A DNA stretch of 64,000 nt, from the IMG/VR virus record IMGVR_UViG_3300036546_000248; one strand, written 5' to 3'. Positions 27,718 through 38,400 of this stretch are shown here, in pieces. This DNA comes from a virus. Lineage: Duplodnaviria > Caudoviricetes. Each line of letters begins with the position of its first letter. The first letter of the stretch is position 1. Under the pieces are notes generated by a model. The model was not told where the DNA came from. It saw only the letters and a list, made by a program, of their open reading frames with translations, and ran no database searches. The position numbers were made by a program, and so were the translations under genes.

Positions 27718-29160
27718 TTACGCCGAAGCGTCGACTTTGATCAGTTGTGTCAGCCAGTCGGCCACCACTTCCATTGCGCCGAAGAAGGCTGCTTCACGCA
27801 CCGGAAGATCCGGATGAGCTTCACAGGCACTGTCGATGGCAACCAGGATGTCGAAGGCCATGGTGTGTGGGTAGATCACACTGCACACGGTCTTACGGAC
27901 CGAGTAGTACAGGTTTTCTTTCTGCCACCCATTCGGAAGGTTACGCATGTAGTCGTTCAGGACCGACAGGTACTTCTTGCGATCGACCAGCAGTTCGTCT
28001 TCCGGCAGCTGAAGGATCTCTTGTTCCACAGCCTTGTTCAACCCCACCAGGGTGTGGTTGTCCAGTTGCAGACGGCGCTCGCTTTGCAGCAGGCGCTGTT
28101 GGCGAGCCCACGCATTTACGTACGCTTCTTTGCGCTCAAGCAGCAGGTTGTAGTTGCTCAGGCGATCGGTACAGAATGCACCGAAGAGTACATCCGGCGA
28201 ACCGCCTTCTTGCAGCCACTTGTTGTACACGTCACCGTTGACTTCGATCACCACAGGGGTGATGCCGAGGTCGCTGACTTGATGCTGAGACCAACTGGAG
28301 ACCAGTGTCTTGTTCTTGGCAGCTGCTTCGCGGCGCTCGATCTGACGACACAGAGCACGACCAGCTTGTGCCATGATTGCGGTGATGTATTCCTTGTACT
28401 GCTCAGGGGTGGTCTTCACACCTTCCGGAATGTTGTCCACCAGTTTCTGGGCAATCAGGAATACCAGCAGCGGTTGGTTCGGGCTGACCCGCAGGTAGTT
28501 CAGATACGTCAGAATGGTCGGAACGTAGTCCTCACTCTCCGTTACGAACAGACGGCGATACAGGTCGCTCAGGGTGCCGGGTTCCAGCGTACGAACCAGA
28601 TCCATCAGCTCTTCATCGAAGCGCGTGAGACCGGTACTGATCAGCTCGAACTCGTTCTCCACGGTCGGCATCGGTACCTTGATGGACAGGCGAATGTCGT
28701 TGACAGCCGTTTCGGTGAAACGCTCCACCATCCCGGTCAGGTAGTGGCTCGACCACACCTTGTGGTAGTGAAGTGGGGTAATGCTGATCGCACCAGCATC
28801 AACCGCCTGCTTGTTGGAAACGTACTCTTGAGTCGCCTCCAGAACACGCTTGACCATCGGGTTGACCTTGTTCTGGGTCAGGTCGAGGTTGAAGTTGACA
28901 GTCTTCTCGACCACATCAACAATCTCGTCCATCACGAGGTCGTGTTCACAGATACCCTGTTGGTTCTTGTACAGCGAACCCGAGAGCAGGCGATTCTCGA
29001 AGTCCAGACCAATCAAACCCCCTTGGTCAGGCATCGGGATGCTACCGGCACTGATCAGCGTCGCCAGCGGCGAGCTTTCAACAGGCGCCAAAGCGACATT
29101 GGCATTAGCCAACTTATCAGCCAGCGCAACTACGCTGTTGAGTGTGTTTTGACGAATCAT
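27718..29160 (-). CDS. virion head protein (phiKZ gp177-like)
   Basis: 480 aa; syntenic position; strong codon bias. Confidence 0.75.
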   Translation of the reverse strand: MIRQNTLNSVVALADKLANANVALAPVESSPLATLISAGSIPMPDQGGLIGLDFENRLLSGSLYKNQQGICEHDLVMDEIVDVVEKTVNFNLDLTQNKVNPMVKRVLEATQEYVSNKQAVDAGAISITPLHYHKVWSSHYLTGMVERFTETAVNDIRLSIKVPMPTVENEFELISTGLTRFDEELMDLVRTLEPGTLSDLYRRLFVTESEDYVPTILTYLNYLRVSPNQPLLVFLIAQKLVDNIPEGVKTTPEQYKEYITAIMAQAGRALCRQIERREAAAKNKTLVSSWSQHQVSDLGITPVVIEVNGDVYNKWLQEGGSPDVLFGAFCTDRLSNYNLLLERKEAYVNAWARQQRLLQSERRLQLDNHTLVGLNKAVEQEILQLPEDELLVDRKKYLSVLNDYMRNLPNGWQKENLYYSVRKTVCSVIYPHTMAFDILVAIDSACEAHPDLPVREAAFFGAMEVVADWLTQLIKVDASA

Positions 29161-29354
29161 TAGACCACCCCGTGTTTCTTGGTCAGTTTGCGTTGAATGA
29201 CAGCGACCAAGGCACCCTTGGTAGCACCGTCGTTTTGCAGCTGACCATCGATGTGGTTGGAGACTGCATTGCCGGCAATGCGACGCATGATGGCTGCACC
29301 CAGCTCGGCGGCATTGGCGAGCACCGTGGCGTTTTGCTCGAATTTCTTACTCAT
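29160..29354 (-). CDS. small conserved protein (64 aa)
   Basis: GGAAGG SD; lies between RNAP beta and the gp177-like gene, coupled to the latter. Confidence 0.7.
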   Translation of the reverse strand: MSKKFEQNATVLANAAELGAAIMRRIAGNAVSNHIDGQLQNDGATKGALVAVIQRKLTKKHGVV

Positions 29355-29388
29355 GGGAAGACCTTCCGTTTACTAAAAGGGAGGGGCT

Positions 29389-32300
29389 TTACGCCCCTCG
29401 ATAAACCTTGACGGCTTGTTTGGCAATCACCTTCAACAGGGTGGTGGTGGTACCGATCAAATCCGGCGACAACACGATACGGTTGCTGATACTGGTGTAT
29501 CCGAAGATGGCATCCAGATCTTCACCGGACTCCGTGCGGTTCTCACCCGACATCACGCGCCCAAAGATGGTTTTCATTTGGTTGGCGAACACGCCCTTGT
29601 CACCGACCCCGGTCCCGATGTTCGAAGTGATATACACCCGTATCGCCATCGAATCCAAGTTCAGGGGATTACCCCCAATACGCAGTGAACTGTCCACTTG
29701 GCCGGTCAGAACGGTTTTGTTCATCCCCTTGGCAAACTTAGCACGTGCTTTGTCTGCAGCCACGGCAACCGTCCGAATGGATTCGGACATGTCCTCCAGA
29801 TCGCCGTTATAGAAGACCTCGACCTTTTCGACTAGCCCTTCGTACTTGGCTCTAGGGGTTTGTGACCCCAACAGACGCAAGGTATCGATAGAGTTTTCAT
29901 CAAACAGTTCGTTGTCCGCCGTCACGGCATCTTCAATCGTACATAAAATATCGTCCGCTTCAAGCTTTTGCCCAACTTTGACCAGAGAATGGAGCTTCTG
30001 ATCAAAGGTGACCACGATATCTCGTACCTTGGTGATCTTGGTACCCAGCTTGTTAGCCAAGCGCTCAGAGATCACAGAGGAGTCTTCCAGCGTGTCAGTC
30101 GATTCCAGCAATGCCGTCTTTGCCAAGATCCCCGTCTTCATCAACAGGAATTTCGGATTCAACGGGTCGATTTGGAAATAGTTGGTGTTGTAGGCAATGG
30201 GTTCACCTACCTTGAACTTATCGCCCGCTTTCAGTGGAGTGACCACATTGTGCGGGAACATGGTTCCGGCCACCGTACCAAACCGACGTCCTAACTGGAT
30301 GCTTTTGGAAGTACCGTTCTTGTACGCGATGGTGATAGCCTCATCAGTCACCTGTACCACGGTCCCATCATCTTTAGCCGTTGTGGCGTAGAGATCATCC
30401 ACTCGGTGAGCAACCATCTGCTCATAACCTGTCCGCACCATCGCAGGCTCGTAACCCTCCGAGAACATCGTCGAGTGATACTGAATCCCAACGAAGTTAA
30501 CCCGCTTCGGATCGTCTCGGTCGGAACCGGGAGAGATCAAGGCGGCTGTACTGAACAGTGTAGCGGGGCTGTCGTTTTTCGGATCGTAACGGTTGCTGGT
30601 ACCCCGTAGCGATTTGAAGTTTGGATCAGCCGACAGGAACGTGTTGATTGCTACGTCCCCGGAGTCTACTGTCGCTTCAGAAATTACCCCCATGTCGTTG
30701 CGGTGATAAATACGGCTTTTCTTAACCATCGAGCGACGGCTACGACCACCCGTACCTCCCATGGTAACGGCTTCTTGTTCACGCAAACATTCAATCGGAT
30801 TGGATTCCTCCACCATCCCTTTTGAGGGGTCTTCTTGAATGGCTTGCCAGATTGCATTAGGTGGCATCTCGATCTTGTTGTTCGAGGCGCCGCGCCGTGC
30901 TTGGTGAGTCCGTATCGAACGCACCATTTCGGTGTAGACCGCTCCAGCAATACGCTCGTAACCCTTGATGCGCATGAACTCCATGTCCGTCTCTGCAGGC
31001 GACCAGTCAGTCGTCAACAGTTCAGTGGCACGAACCACCAACCCAATCCAATCGGTGGGTTCTTGCATTTCCACCAACAGGTCATGGGTGATCGGATCAA
31101 TGAACATGTCTTTCAACAGGTCCAGTTCACGCAGGTAACGAATACCAATGCCATTAGCTTCCAAGACGTTCAGGTACACGTCCTTGCGGTCGAAGTCGTA
31201 AACGTTGTAATTGCGGATGGTCTTGTGGTAGCTGTTAAAACCTGCCATAACCAATGCGACCAAGCGATCATCACGGTGGAAGACCAGGTTCTCATCAGCA
31301 AAGCGCACCACATATTCCCCATCGGTCAATTTCAACCGATCCCCCACCTGAACACGGCGATAGGCCGAAGGCTTTAAGGCCTTGATCAGCTTCTCCAAGC
31401 CCAAGTAGTAACCGAGTACCAGACCGATTGGAATCTCTTTGTTGTACACCTTAAGCTCAGCCACTTCGATAGGAGCTTTGCTAGTGTCCAACCCAATCAA
31501 CTCCTCGATGCTCTCGATCGGTTGAGGTCCGCGGTTCTTCAACACAAACAACATGTTGCTCGGGTCAACATAGACAACATCCGACCCTTGCTTGCCGATA
31601 GGAGTCAATCCCTTGGCTTCAGGGCGGTTGACCGCCTTCTCACCAAAGTTCTCCATCAGTTTGCTGTAGTCGAAGAAGAAGTCAATCCCCTTAACCGTAA
31701 AGCTGCGGAACTTGTGGGCCAACAGACTGTAAAGCTTAGGTGTCTTGTTGAGCGGGTTAAAGACGTTGGTGGGTTTGAGGTTTGTGACGCGATTGTCCTT
31801 ACTATCCAACCCGATCGCCATGATCTGGTTACACAACCAACCTGGGTAGTTGTGTACGGCTTTCTCAGACCGCGAGATAAAGCTCTTGCCGTAGTAGCTG
31901 GTCAGTGCCACCCGATTCGGCAACACTTTACGGATGGGCATGTCGCCACGTTGTTTACGCAGGTGGTAACGCACCCCGTTAGCGAAGTATGTACCATCTT
32001 CGTGGATCTTCGGAACGCGGAAACGAATGGTGCTACCCACACCCGTCACAGGCGCCAGTTTGATGGCGTGAATTTCGTAATGGTTCATTACGTCTTCCAC
32101 AGTCTCGACATTATAGTCGGCCACCACCACCCCTGCGTTCTGTACGGACATCACCGAGTTCACGATGTCTTTGGGCAACACCTCCTGCACATAACGCGAA
32201 TCGAATTCGAACAGCGTCGACTTCAACATGCGTTCATCAAACACCTCAGCGTTCTTCGGCATCTTGGGTGGATTGGAGATCTTAAGGACCTCAGGTTCCA

Positions 32301-33708
32301 ACCGCATTACGTCTTCGAGTGTACCTTTTCCACCGTAGGGGTTAGGGAGCGTTTTGTACGTACTGGCCAAACGTTCAGCACGCTTGTATTCAGCACCGGA
32401 CAACAACCCAGCATCGGCCATCTCGTTGGCCTTATCCATAATCCCTTTTTCAACATCCCGTGGGGCTCCGGTGACTTTGACCAGTTCCACAGGCGCTTCT
32501 TCGGCGAAAGCTACTTCTTCTTTGACCTGCTCAATGACTTCCAAACCTTCGAGTTCTTTCTCAATTTGGGCATCATCCAACTCGGCCTGACGGATCAGAT
32601 CGTAGTCTTCTTTAAGGAGTTCGGCCAACTCGTCTTCGAAGTTGAGGTCGGAGGTGTTTTCGCTGACAGGATCGCCCTTGACTACCACCAGCTCAGGCTT
32701 GGTTGTTTTGCCCTTAACATCAAGGTCGTCTTGTTGCTTACGACGCCCATCACTGATACGAGTCGGACCGTCATCGTCCTCGTCATCGGGCAAGATAACC
32801 TCTTCCTCTTCCTCGCTTTCCTCAACCTCCTCTTCAAGGTCAACAATCGACCGCGATTCGATGAGGTGCATCAGGCCACGCAGGAAACGCTTTTGCAAAG
32901 CAAACGAATCCAACCCCTCGGCCGTCCCTTCCTCGACATTAGCGGTTTTGCGCCAAGCATTCAACATGCCGATGTTGATGCAGAACCAACGGTCCTTATA
33001 AAGGAAAAGAAGATTCAGGCGGTCCAGGTTTTTAAGCTGGAGCCTCGACATTGGCGATTCACTGCGGTATTCACCCAACCACGTCCAGATGTCCAAGACG
33101 TCCAGCGATTCGTTGGTTGGAAACTTCTCTAGCGTATTGCGCACAATGCTTTTTTCAGCACGGCGCAGCGCCGAGATCGAAGGCAGTACTTCCGGCAACA
33201 CCACCTTCAGAAAGAGATGACGCTCTGGGAATTGAGCCGCTACCTCATTGAGCTTGTCCCACATGGTGTGGCGAATGTTCGCCCACTTGTAATAGGAGGC
33301 AAAGAAGTTGGCGGTGTAGCGCTTCACAAACTGCAACGGAGCAAAGTTCTCCACGACCAAAATCCGTGGGTTCGACATCACCGTTTCAGGATTCAGCAGG
33401 GGACGTATCTTGCCGCGGTTGGCACGCTGGTAGTCACGTAGATGTTTATCAGCCGACCACACCACAGGTTTCGGATTACCGATCTCGCTGCGCAGTTGAG
33501 TGATGTGATCAACGTAGACGATGCGTTCAGCCGCCTTGACCAACGGATCATCTTTACCGATACCAATGCTGGTACTGTCTTCGGGGAGGTAACCCAACAC
33601 TGCCCCACGGGGCAAGGCCAGATTCACCACGCTGTGGGTTTCGGGGGCAGTCAAGGCAACCAATCGACGAATACCGCGTCGACGGTACCAAGCAGGATAA
33701 AGAAGCAT
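29389..33708 (-). CDS. virion RNA polymerase beta N-terminal subunit (phiKZ gp178-like)
   Basis: 1439 aa; VTMGGTGGRSRRSM, GVISEATVDSGDV, KRVNFVGIQ, EDSSVIS, VGDKGVFANQMKT; RpoB-like. Confidence 0.93.
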   Translation of the reverse strand: MLLYPAWYRRRGIRRLVALTAPETHSVVNLALPRGAVLGYLPEDSTSIGIGKDDPLVKAAERIVYVDHITQLRSEIGNPKPVVWSADKHLRDYQRANRGKIRPLLNPETVMSNPRILVVENFAPLQFVKRYTANFFASYYKWANIRHTMWDKLNEVAAQFPERHLFLKVVLPEVLPSISALRRAEKSIVRNTLEKFPTNESLDVLDIWTWLGEYRSESPMSRLQLKNLDRLNLLFLYKDRWFCINIGMLNAWRKTANVEEGTAEGLDSFALQKRFLRGLMHLIESRSIVDLEEEVEESEEEEEVILPDDEDDDGPTRISDGRRKQQDDLDVKGKTTKPELVVVKGDPVSENTSDLNFEDELAELLKEDYDLIRQAELDDAQIEKELEGLEVIEQVKEEVAFAEEAPVELVKVTGAPRDVEKGIMDKANEMADAGLLSGAEYKRAERLASTYKTLPNPYGGKGTLEDVMRLEPEVLKISNPPKMPKNAEVFDERMLKSTLFEFDSRYVQEVLPKDIVNSVMSVQNAGVVVADYNVETVEDVMNHYEIHAIKLAPVTGVGSTIRFRVPKIHEDGTYFANGVRYHLRKQRGDMPIRKVLPNRVALTSYYGKSFISRSEKAVHNYPGWLCNQIMAIGLDSKDNRVTNLKPTNVFNPLNKTPKLYSLLAHKFRSFTVKGIDFFFDYSKLMENFGEKAVNRPEAKGLTPIGKQGSDVVYVDPSNMLFVLKNRGPQPIESIEELIGLDTSKAPIEVAELKVYNKEIPIGLVLGYYLGLEKLIKALKPSAYRRVQVGDRLKLTDGEYVVRFADENLVFHRDDRLVALVMAGFNSYHKTIRNYNVYDFDRKDVYLNVLEANGIGIRYLRELDLLKDMFIDPITHDLLVEMQEPTDWIGLVVRATELLTTDWSPAETDMEFMRIKGYERIAGAVYTEMVRSIRTHQARRGASNNKIEMPPNAIWQAIQEDPSKGMVEESNPIECLREQEAVTMGGTGGRSRRSMVKKSRIYHRNDMGVISEATVDSGDVAINTFLSADPNFKSLRGTSNRYDPKNDSPATLFSTAALISPGSDRDDPKRVNFVGIQYHSTMFSEGYEPAMVRTGYEQMVAHRVDDLYATTAKDDGTVVQVTDEAITIAYKNGTSKSIQLGRRFGTVAGTMFPHNVVTPLKAGDKFKVGEPIAYNTNYFQIDPLNPKFLLMKTGILAKTALLESTDTLEDSSVISERLANKLGTKITKVRDIVVTFDQKLHSLVKVGQKLEADDILCTIEDAVTADNELFDENSIDTLRLLGSQTPRAKYEGLVEKVEVFYNGDLEDMSESIRTVAVAADKARAKFAKGMNKTVLTGQVDSSLRIGGNPLNLDSMAIRVYITSNIGTGVGDKGVFANQMKTIFGRVMSGENRTESGEDLDAIFGYTSISNRIVLSPDLIGTTTTLLKVIAKQAVKVYRGA

Positions 33709-33756
33709 GGGTTAAGTCCTTAATGTCAAAAACAGGAAAGGGGAAAACGGACGACC

Positions 33757-35388
33757 TTAGTCGCCCGTCATGTTCTTCAACACCAACGTGATAGTGTCAA
33801 CATCACACCCGGCTTTGAACCCCCCACGAGGATCGAGGTAAGCCGCCGTGCTATCGAGATAACGGTCCAGCTCAGCAATGGCCTCGTCGCTGTACACGAT
33901 GGTGGCAGAAGCGGTGTCACCGTCGTAGTCGGCTGCAAGACCGGCCAATCGACTGGGGTGGATCACTTGAGAATCCACAAAGGCTTCAGGTTTACGGGTA
34001 GGGAACTCCAAGGCTTTAAATTCTTCACCTTTGAGTTGCCAGTCATCACCCAACTCGTAACGCACCTCACCGACGATGGTCGTTTTACAGTACACATGCG
34101 AAGGATAGGTCGAGCCAATACCGGCTACCGGATAACGCGTGACGATCGCCTTTAGCGTGTTCCAACGACGATACCCGCAAAGGTAGAACAGATGGACGTA
34201 CGTCAATGGTTCTACGTACTGACGATCCAAGTGTTCAGGGAGTTCACGGATGTCACCGAAGATCTTAAACGTTTTGTCAGGACCGATGTAAATCAGACCC
34301 AAATAACGTCCTTCAATCTTGATGGGTTTAAAACGGATGTTGGGGTTACGAAAGCCTTCCACCAACTTTTCCAGTCCTTCGACGGTGACCCACTTGTCAC
34401 GAACGTCCAAGGGGAGGTCAACGATGTCTTGTTGCAGGGTCTTGGGGTCGATCAAACGAGCACTGGTACCAGACCCGCCTACACCAAAGACCTCACCCAA
34501 CCAACCATTACGCAGTTGGTAGATGGTGACCGGCAGTGCCCCTTTCATCACTTGGAACAAGCCAATGATGCTGTCGTTAAATCCGGGAGCATTTTCAGCA
34601 TCCAGATCGGCGACCGAGGTGTCCATTGCCGAGATTACGTTACGTGTCCCGTTGAAGACGCGCCGACTGCCAAACTTCTCCTGAAAGAAGCCTTTCTTGC
34701 CCGTAATCATTTGTGAGATCGTGTCGTAGATCTCATTGAAACTTTGTTGTATGGATTTACGACTGTTGTCAAAAATGGGGGACAACTCAGCCCCTTCGGC
34801 ACTGACCAGTACCTTAGAAGCACCCAAGATCTTGCGATAGATGTCATTGATCTCGTCTTGGGTACCCCGACCCGATGCATCGATGACAAAGTCACGCAAA
34901 CCGGCAGGCAACACCAGGATCTTATTGATCGTGGCCACCTTGCGGTATTTCTCGATCATCTTGATTCGTTCGGTTCGAATCGGTGACTTCGAATCTTTGA
35001 ATTTGATTTTGTGCCAGTGGGTTAAAAAGAATGCGTAGCCTGTTTCGCCATCCAGTTCAGTGGCGGCTTCAAAGTCAGCTTCTTGGGCATTCCAGGTGGC
35101 ATAACGCGTACCGGACATGATGTCACGGTACAAGGCTTTGAGTTGACACAGAGCACGAAAGATCGTGGGGTGGAAGACCGTCACTACAGCGTCGATGTAA
35201 CCAAAACGCTGGTCGCGCAGCTCGTCACCGACCCGCCCGAAAGTTTGGACACTGAACAACCCGTCCTCGTGGAAATTGCCACTGATGCCATCGTAGATGT
35301 CAGGGGATTTCACTGGGCGAATCTTGGCCAACTTTTCCGGCGTCAGCTCCATGATGGAGACGTTAAAAGGAATGGAACTATTTTTCAC
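33757..35388 (-). CDS. virion RNA polymerase beta-prime catalytic subunit (phiKZ gp180-like)
   Basis: FHEDGLFSVQTFG, KKGFFQEKFGSRRVFNGTRNVI, catalytic LAADYDGDT. Confidence 0.95.
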   Translation of the reverse strand: MKNSSIPFNVSIMELTPEKLAKIRPVKSPDIYDGISGNFHEDGLFSVQTFGRVGDELRDQRFGYIDAVVTVFHPTIFRALCQLKALYRDIMSGTRYATWNAQEADFEAATELDGETGYAFFLTHWHKIKFKDSKSPIRTERIKMIEKYRKVATINKILVLPAGLRDFVIDASGRGTQDEINDIYRKILGASKVLVSAEGAELSPIFDNSRKSIQQSFNEIYDTISQMITGKKGFFQEKFGSRRVFNGTRNVISAMDTSVADLDAENAPGFNDSIIGLFQVMKGALPVTIYQLRNGWLGEVFGVGGSGTSARLIDPKTLQQDIVDLPLDVRDKWVTVEGLEKLVEGFRNPNIRFKPIKIEGRYLGLIYIGPDKTFKIFGDIRELPEHLDRQYVEPLTYVHLFYLCGYRRWNTLKAIVTRYPVAGIGSTYPSHVYCKTTIVGEVRYELGDDWQLKGEEFKALEFPTRKPEAFVDSQVIHPSRLAGLAADYDGDTASATIVYSDEAIAELDRYLDSTAAYLDPRGGFKAGCDVDTITLVLKNMTGD

Positions 35389-35431
35389 GGTGACCGCTCC
35401 GAAAATGATATGATCAATTTAAACCCTGAGA

Positions 35432-38400
35432 GTGGAGTCCAGCATGGCTAAGGACAAGGACCTCGATTTCGACGATGATTTCGACGATTTCGACTTCGGG
35501 GCAGATGGCGATTTTGGTACGCCTCCGCCTACCGATGATAGAAAACCTATCACCAAGGTCGCGACCTCCTTCCTAGGGGGTGTGGCTGATGAATTCACCA
35601 ACCCAACCACCGTTAAGCGCCTCACTCTGGAGTCCCTGCCGGACGGCTATTCAAAAGCCGACAATCTGCTGGGAGAAGTAGCGGGAGCTGGACGTGATCT
35701 ATACAATACCACCATTACCGAACTGAAACCGGTAATCAATGACGCCAAGCGTGTAGCACGGCGTGCATTGCCTGGGGTGAAGAATCTTCTGCCTGAAAAG
35801 CTGGCCAAAAAGCTTGAAAAGTTAACCGAGGACGACCAAGCAGGTGGGCTTAATGCCCAACAGTCTCGTGAAGCGGCTGTTCAGTCTGAGGTGGCCAGTG
35901 TCTTCGGTGCGGTGGCCGAACAGGACCAAGAAGACCGCATTATCGATAAAGCCGAAAAGGCTCGGGAGAAGGTTGAAGATCGTAAGAAGTTCAAACTGGA
36001 AATTGATGCATTATCATCGATCCACAGTGGGATCTCTCGCTTAGTCACGTACCAAGACCAAGTCACTGCCAAGTACCAGCGCAAGTCGTTGGAGTTGGCG
36101 TACCTGCAATACTACACCTTAAAAGACACCTTCGAGTTGCATAGGGCAGCCACCCGTGAAACCAAAACACAACTCGACGTCATCGCTAAAAACACGGCGT
36201 TGCCGGAATACCAGAAGACGACGTTGGGTGAGGCAGCCGGTCAGCATTTCCGTGACCGTTTGTTGAGCGCCACACAGGCTCGGGTGAAAGATGTTGCTGG
36301 GAAGTATTTTGGTAAGTACAAAGACAACCTGGTTAAGAATGTCAAGGGCCATCTGAGCAACTTCAAGGAAGGGGCATTAGGTGCATTGTCGGGCGCTGAA
36401 ATGGCGATCGACATGCAAGAACAGATGGAAGAAATGGGTGAGCGTTCTGACCCCTACAAGGCAGGCGGTCGAATGGCCGGCTCCGTGGCAGGGAATTGGG
36501 TGGGTGGTAAGCTTGCCAAACTCCTCAAGCCTATTTTGGGCGACATGGATAAAGTCAAACGGGGTGGGGCTTACTTAGAATACGGGGTGGATAACTTCCC
36601 CGGATTGGTCGAACAGTTGGTCCGTAGCGATAAAGGCGAGAACACAAAGTTTGAGTGGGTCAACAACGCCGTTCGGTGGCTGAAAGAACAAGCTCCTAAT
36701 GAGTTGGACGATCCGCTACTTGACAGTAAAAAGGAAACTGACCTGACTAAGGCGAACGATGCGGTGGCATTCAGTCACGCAGCACGTAAGTCTTTGACAG
36801 ACATCATTCCAGGCTTCCTGTCTCGTATTCACCATGAGTTGGCTATCATCCGTACGGGTGATCCAACCATCGCTCGGATTGATTACGATCTGCGTGACGG
36901 TTCATTCCGTGACACCGGATCAATCACCAAGAACCTCGTAGGGTCTTTGTTCTCTAAAGACAACTTCGAGAAAACACACGAAAGTACCGATGCTTTGATC
37001 AACGACCTGACCGGAGGAGACGATAGCAAACTGTCTCCCGAGGCCCGCAAAGCATTGAAACGACGGATGATCTCCGAAGCTTCACGGTTAACAGGTCACT
37101 ATGATGCCAAGAAGTTTTATGACGTTGACGGGTGGGATGAAGAAGGGCTGTCTGATGAAGACCGCATCGCCTTGTCCGACCTCTTCCTTGATTCTAAGGA
37201 TGACATCCTAAAGCAGAATGCGCAATCTAAAAAGTTCCACCAGATCCGCGATTACCTCAACAACCCGGCCGATGCCGTTAAAGCGTTGTCGATGCAAGCG
37301 GGTGCGTTGGAACATATGCGTCGGGCGGGCTTAGTGACAGGGGAGAATGAAGACCGCAAGGTTAACTTCGACCGTATCACCGAGATGCTCGTCCAAGGAG
37401 GCTTTGGTGATAAATTTGATCAAGCAGATGGCGATCCTCGTATCGCTTCTAATCTGTTTGGTCCTGTTGGCCCTGGTGGAGGGAACTCTGGCAGTGGTTT
37501 CAATTCCTCTGGCAGTAATCGGAGCACTACTCCAAAGTCTGCGGCCGAAATAAAGGCGAAGGTGGAAGAGTGTGTTTGTGGTGATGAGTTTGATCGTCTG
37601 ATCCAAGCTGTTAAAGAAGGAAACGATCGCCTGGTGGCTGAAATCACCAAGTCTCACACCGAGAATGCACAACAGGCCGAACAGATTGCGCTGTTGGCCG
37701 GAATCTACGAATACATGCAGTCAGGCCAGATGATGGTCTTCTCGGTAGACGGAACAGGTATGTTCCAGTCCATGAAGGATCGCATGGGTCGTGGGTTCAA
37801 AGGGTTGAAAAACCGCTTTAAAGGACTTAAAGATAATCGGTTGGTTAAAGGGGCGGGTAACCTGTTCGGCATGGCTAAGACGGGTGTGATGAACACCATT
37901 AAGTCACCGATGTGGGCCGCTAACAAAGCCAAAGAAGGATTGAAGGCTGTTTGGAATAAAGCCACCGGTAAGTTCAACGACATCAAGGAACTTTATGTCC
38001 GAGGTGAGTTTGCAGCTAAACTGACTAAGGCAAAGTTAGATGCTAAGGAGTACTATGATGCCAAGACCGGCGAGCTGATCGAGAAGTGGGAGGATATCAA
38101 AGGTCCTGTTAAAGACAAGGCTGGAGAAATCGTTCTGTCTGCTGAAGACCTTGCCAAAGGGCTGTGGACCAACCATGGTAAACCGTGGAAGGAAAGCTTC
38201 TTTAAACGTGTTGGCAATGCTTGGCTCGGTGCTAAATCCTTGGCTAAGAAGCCGGGTGATCTGATCAAGGGTGTGTATCAAGGACTTAAGAGCTTTGGTA
38301 AGTCTGTTCGTGATGCGTTTAACAAACCGCGCGACATCTACATCCCTGGTCGTGAAGACCCAGTAATCCTTGCTTCGGTGATGCAAGCCGGTGGTTACCG

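Noticed and set aside
32480-32860. Acidic low-complexity stretch in RNAP beta-N as an intein or new domain
   Set aside because: No intein splice motifs; long acidic linkers are expected in gp178-like subunits.
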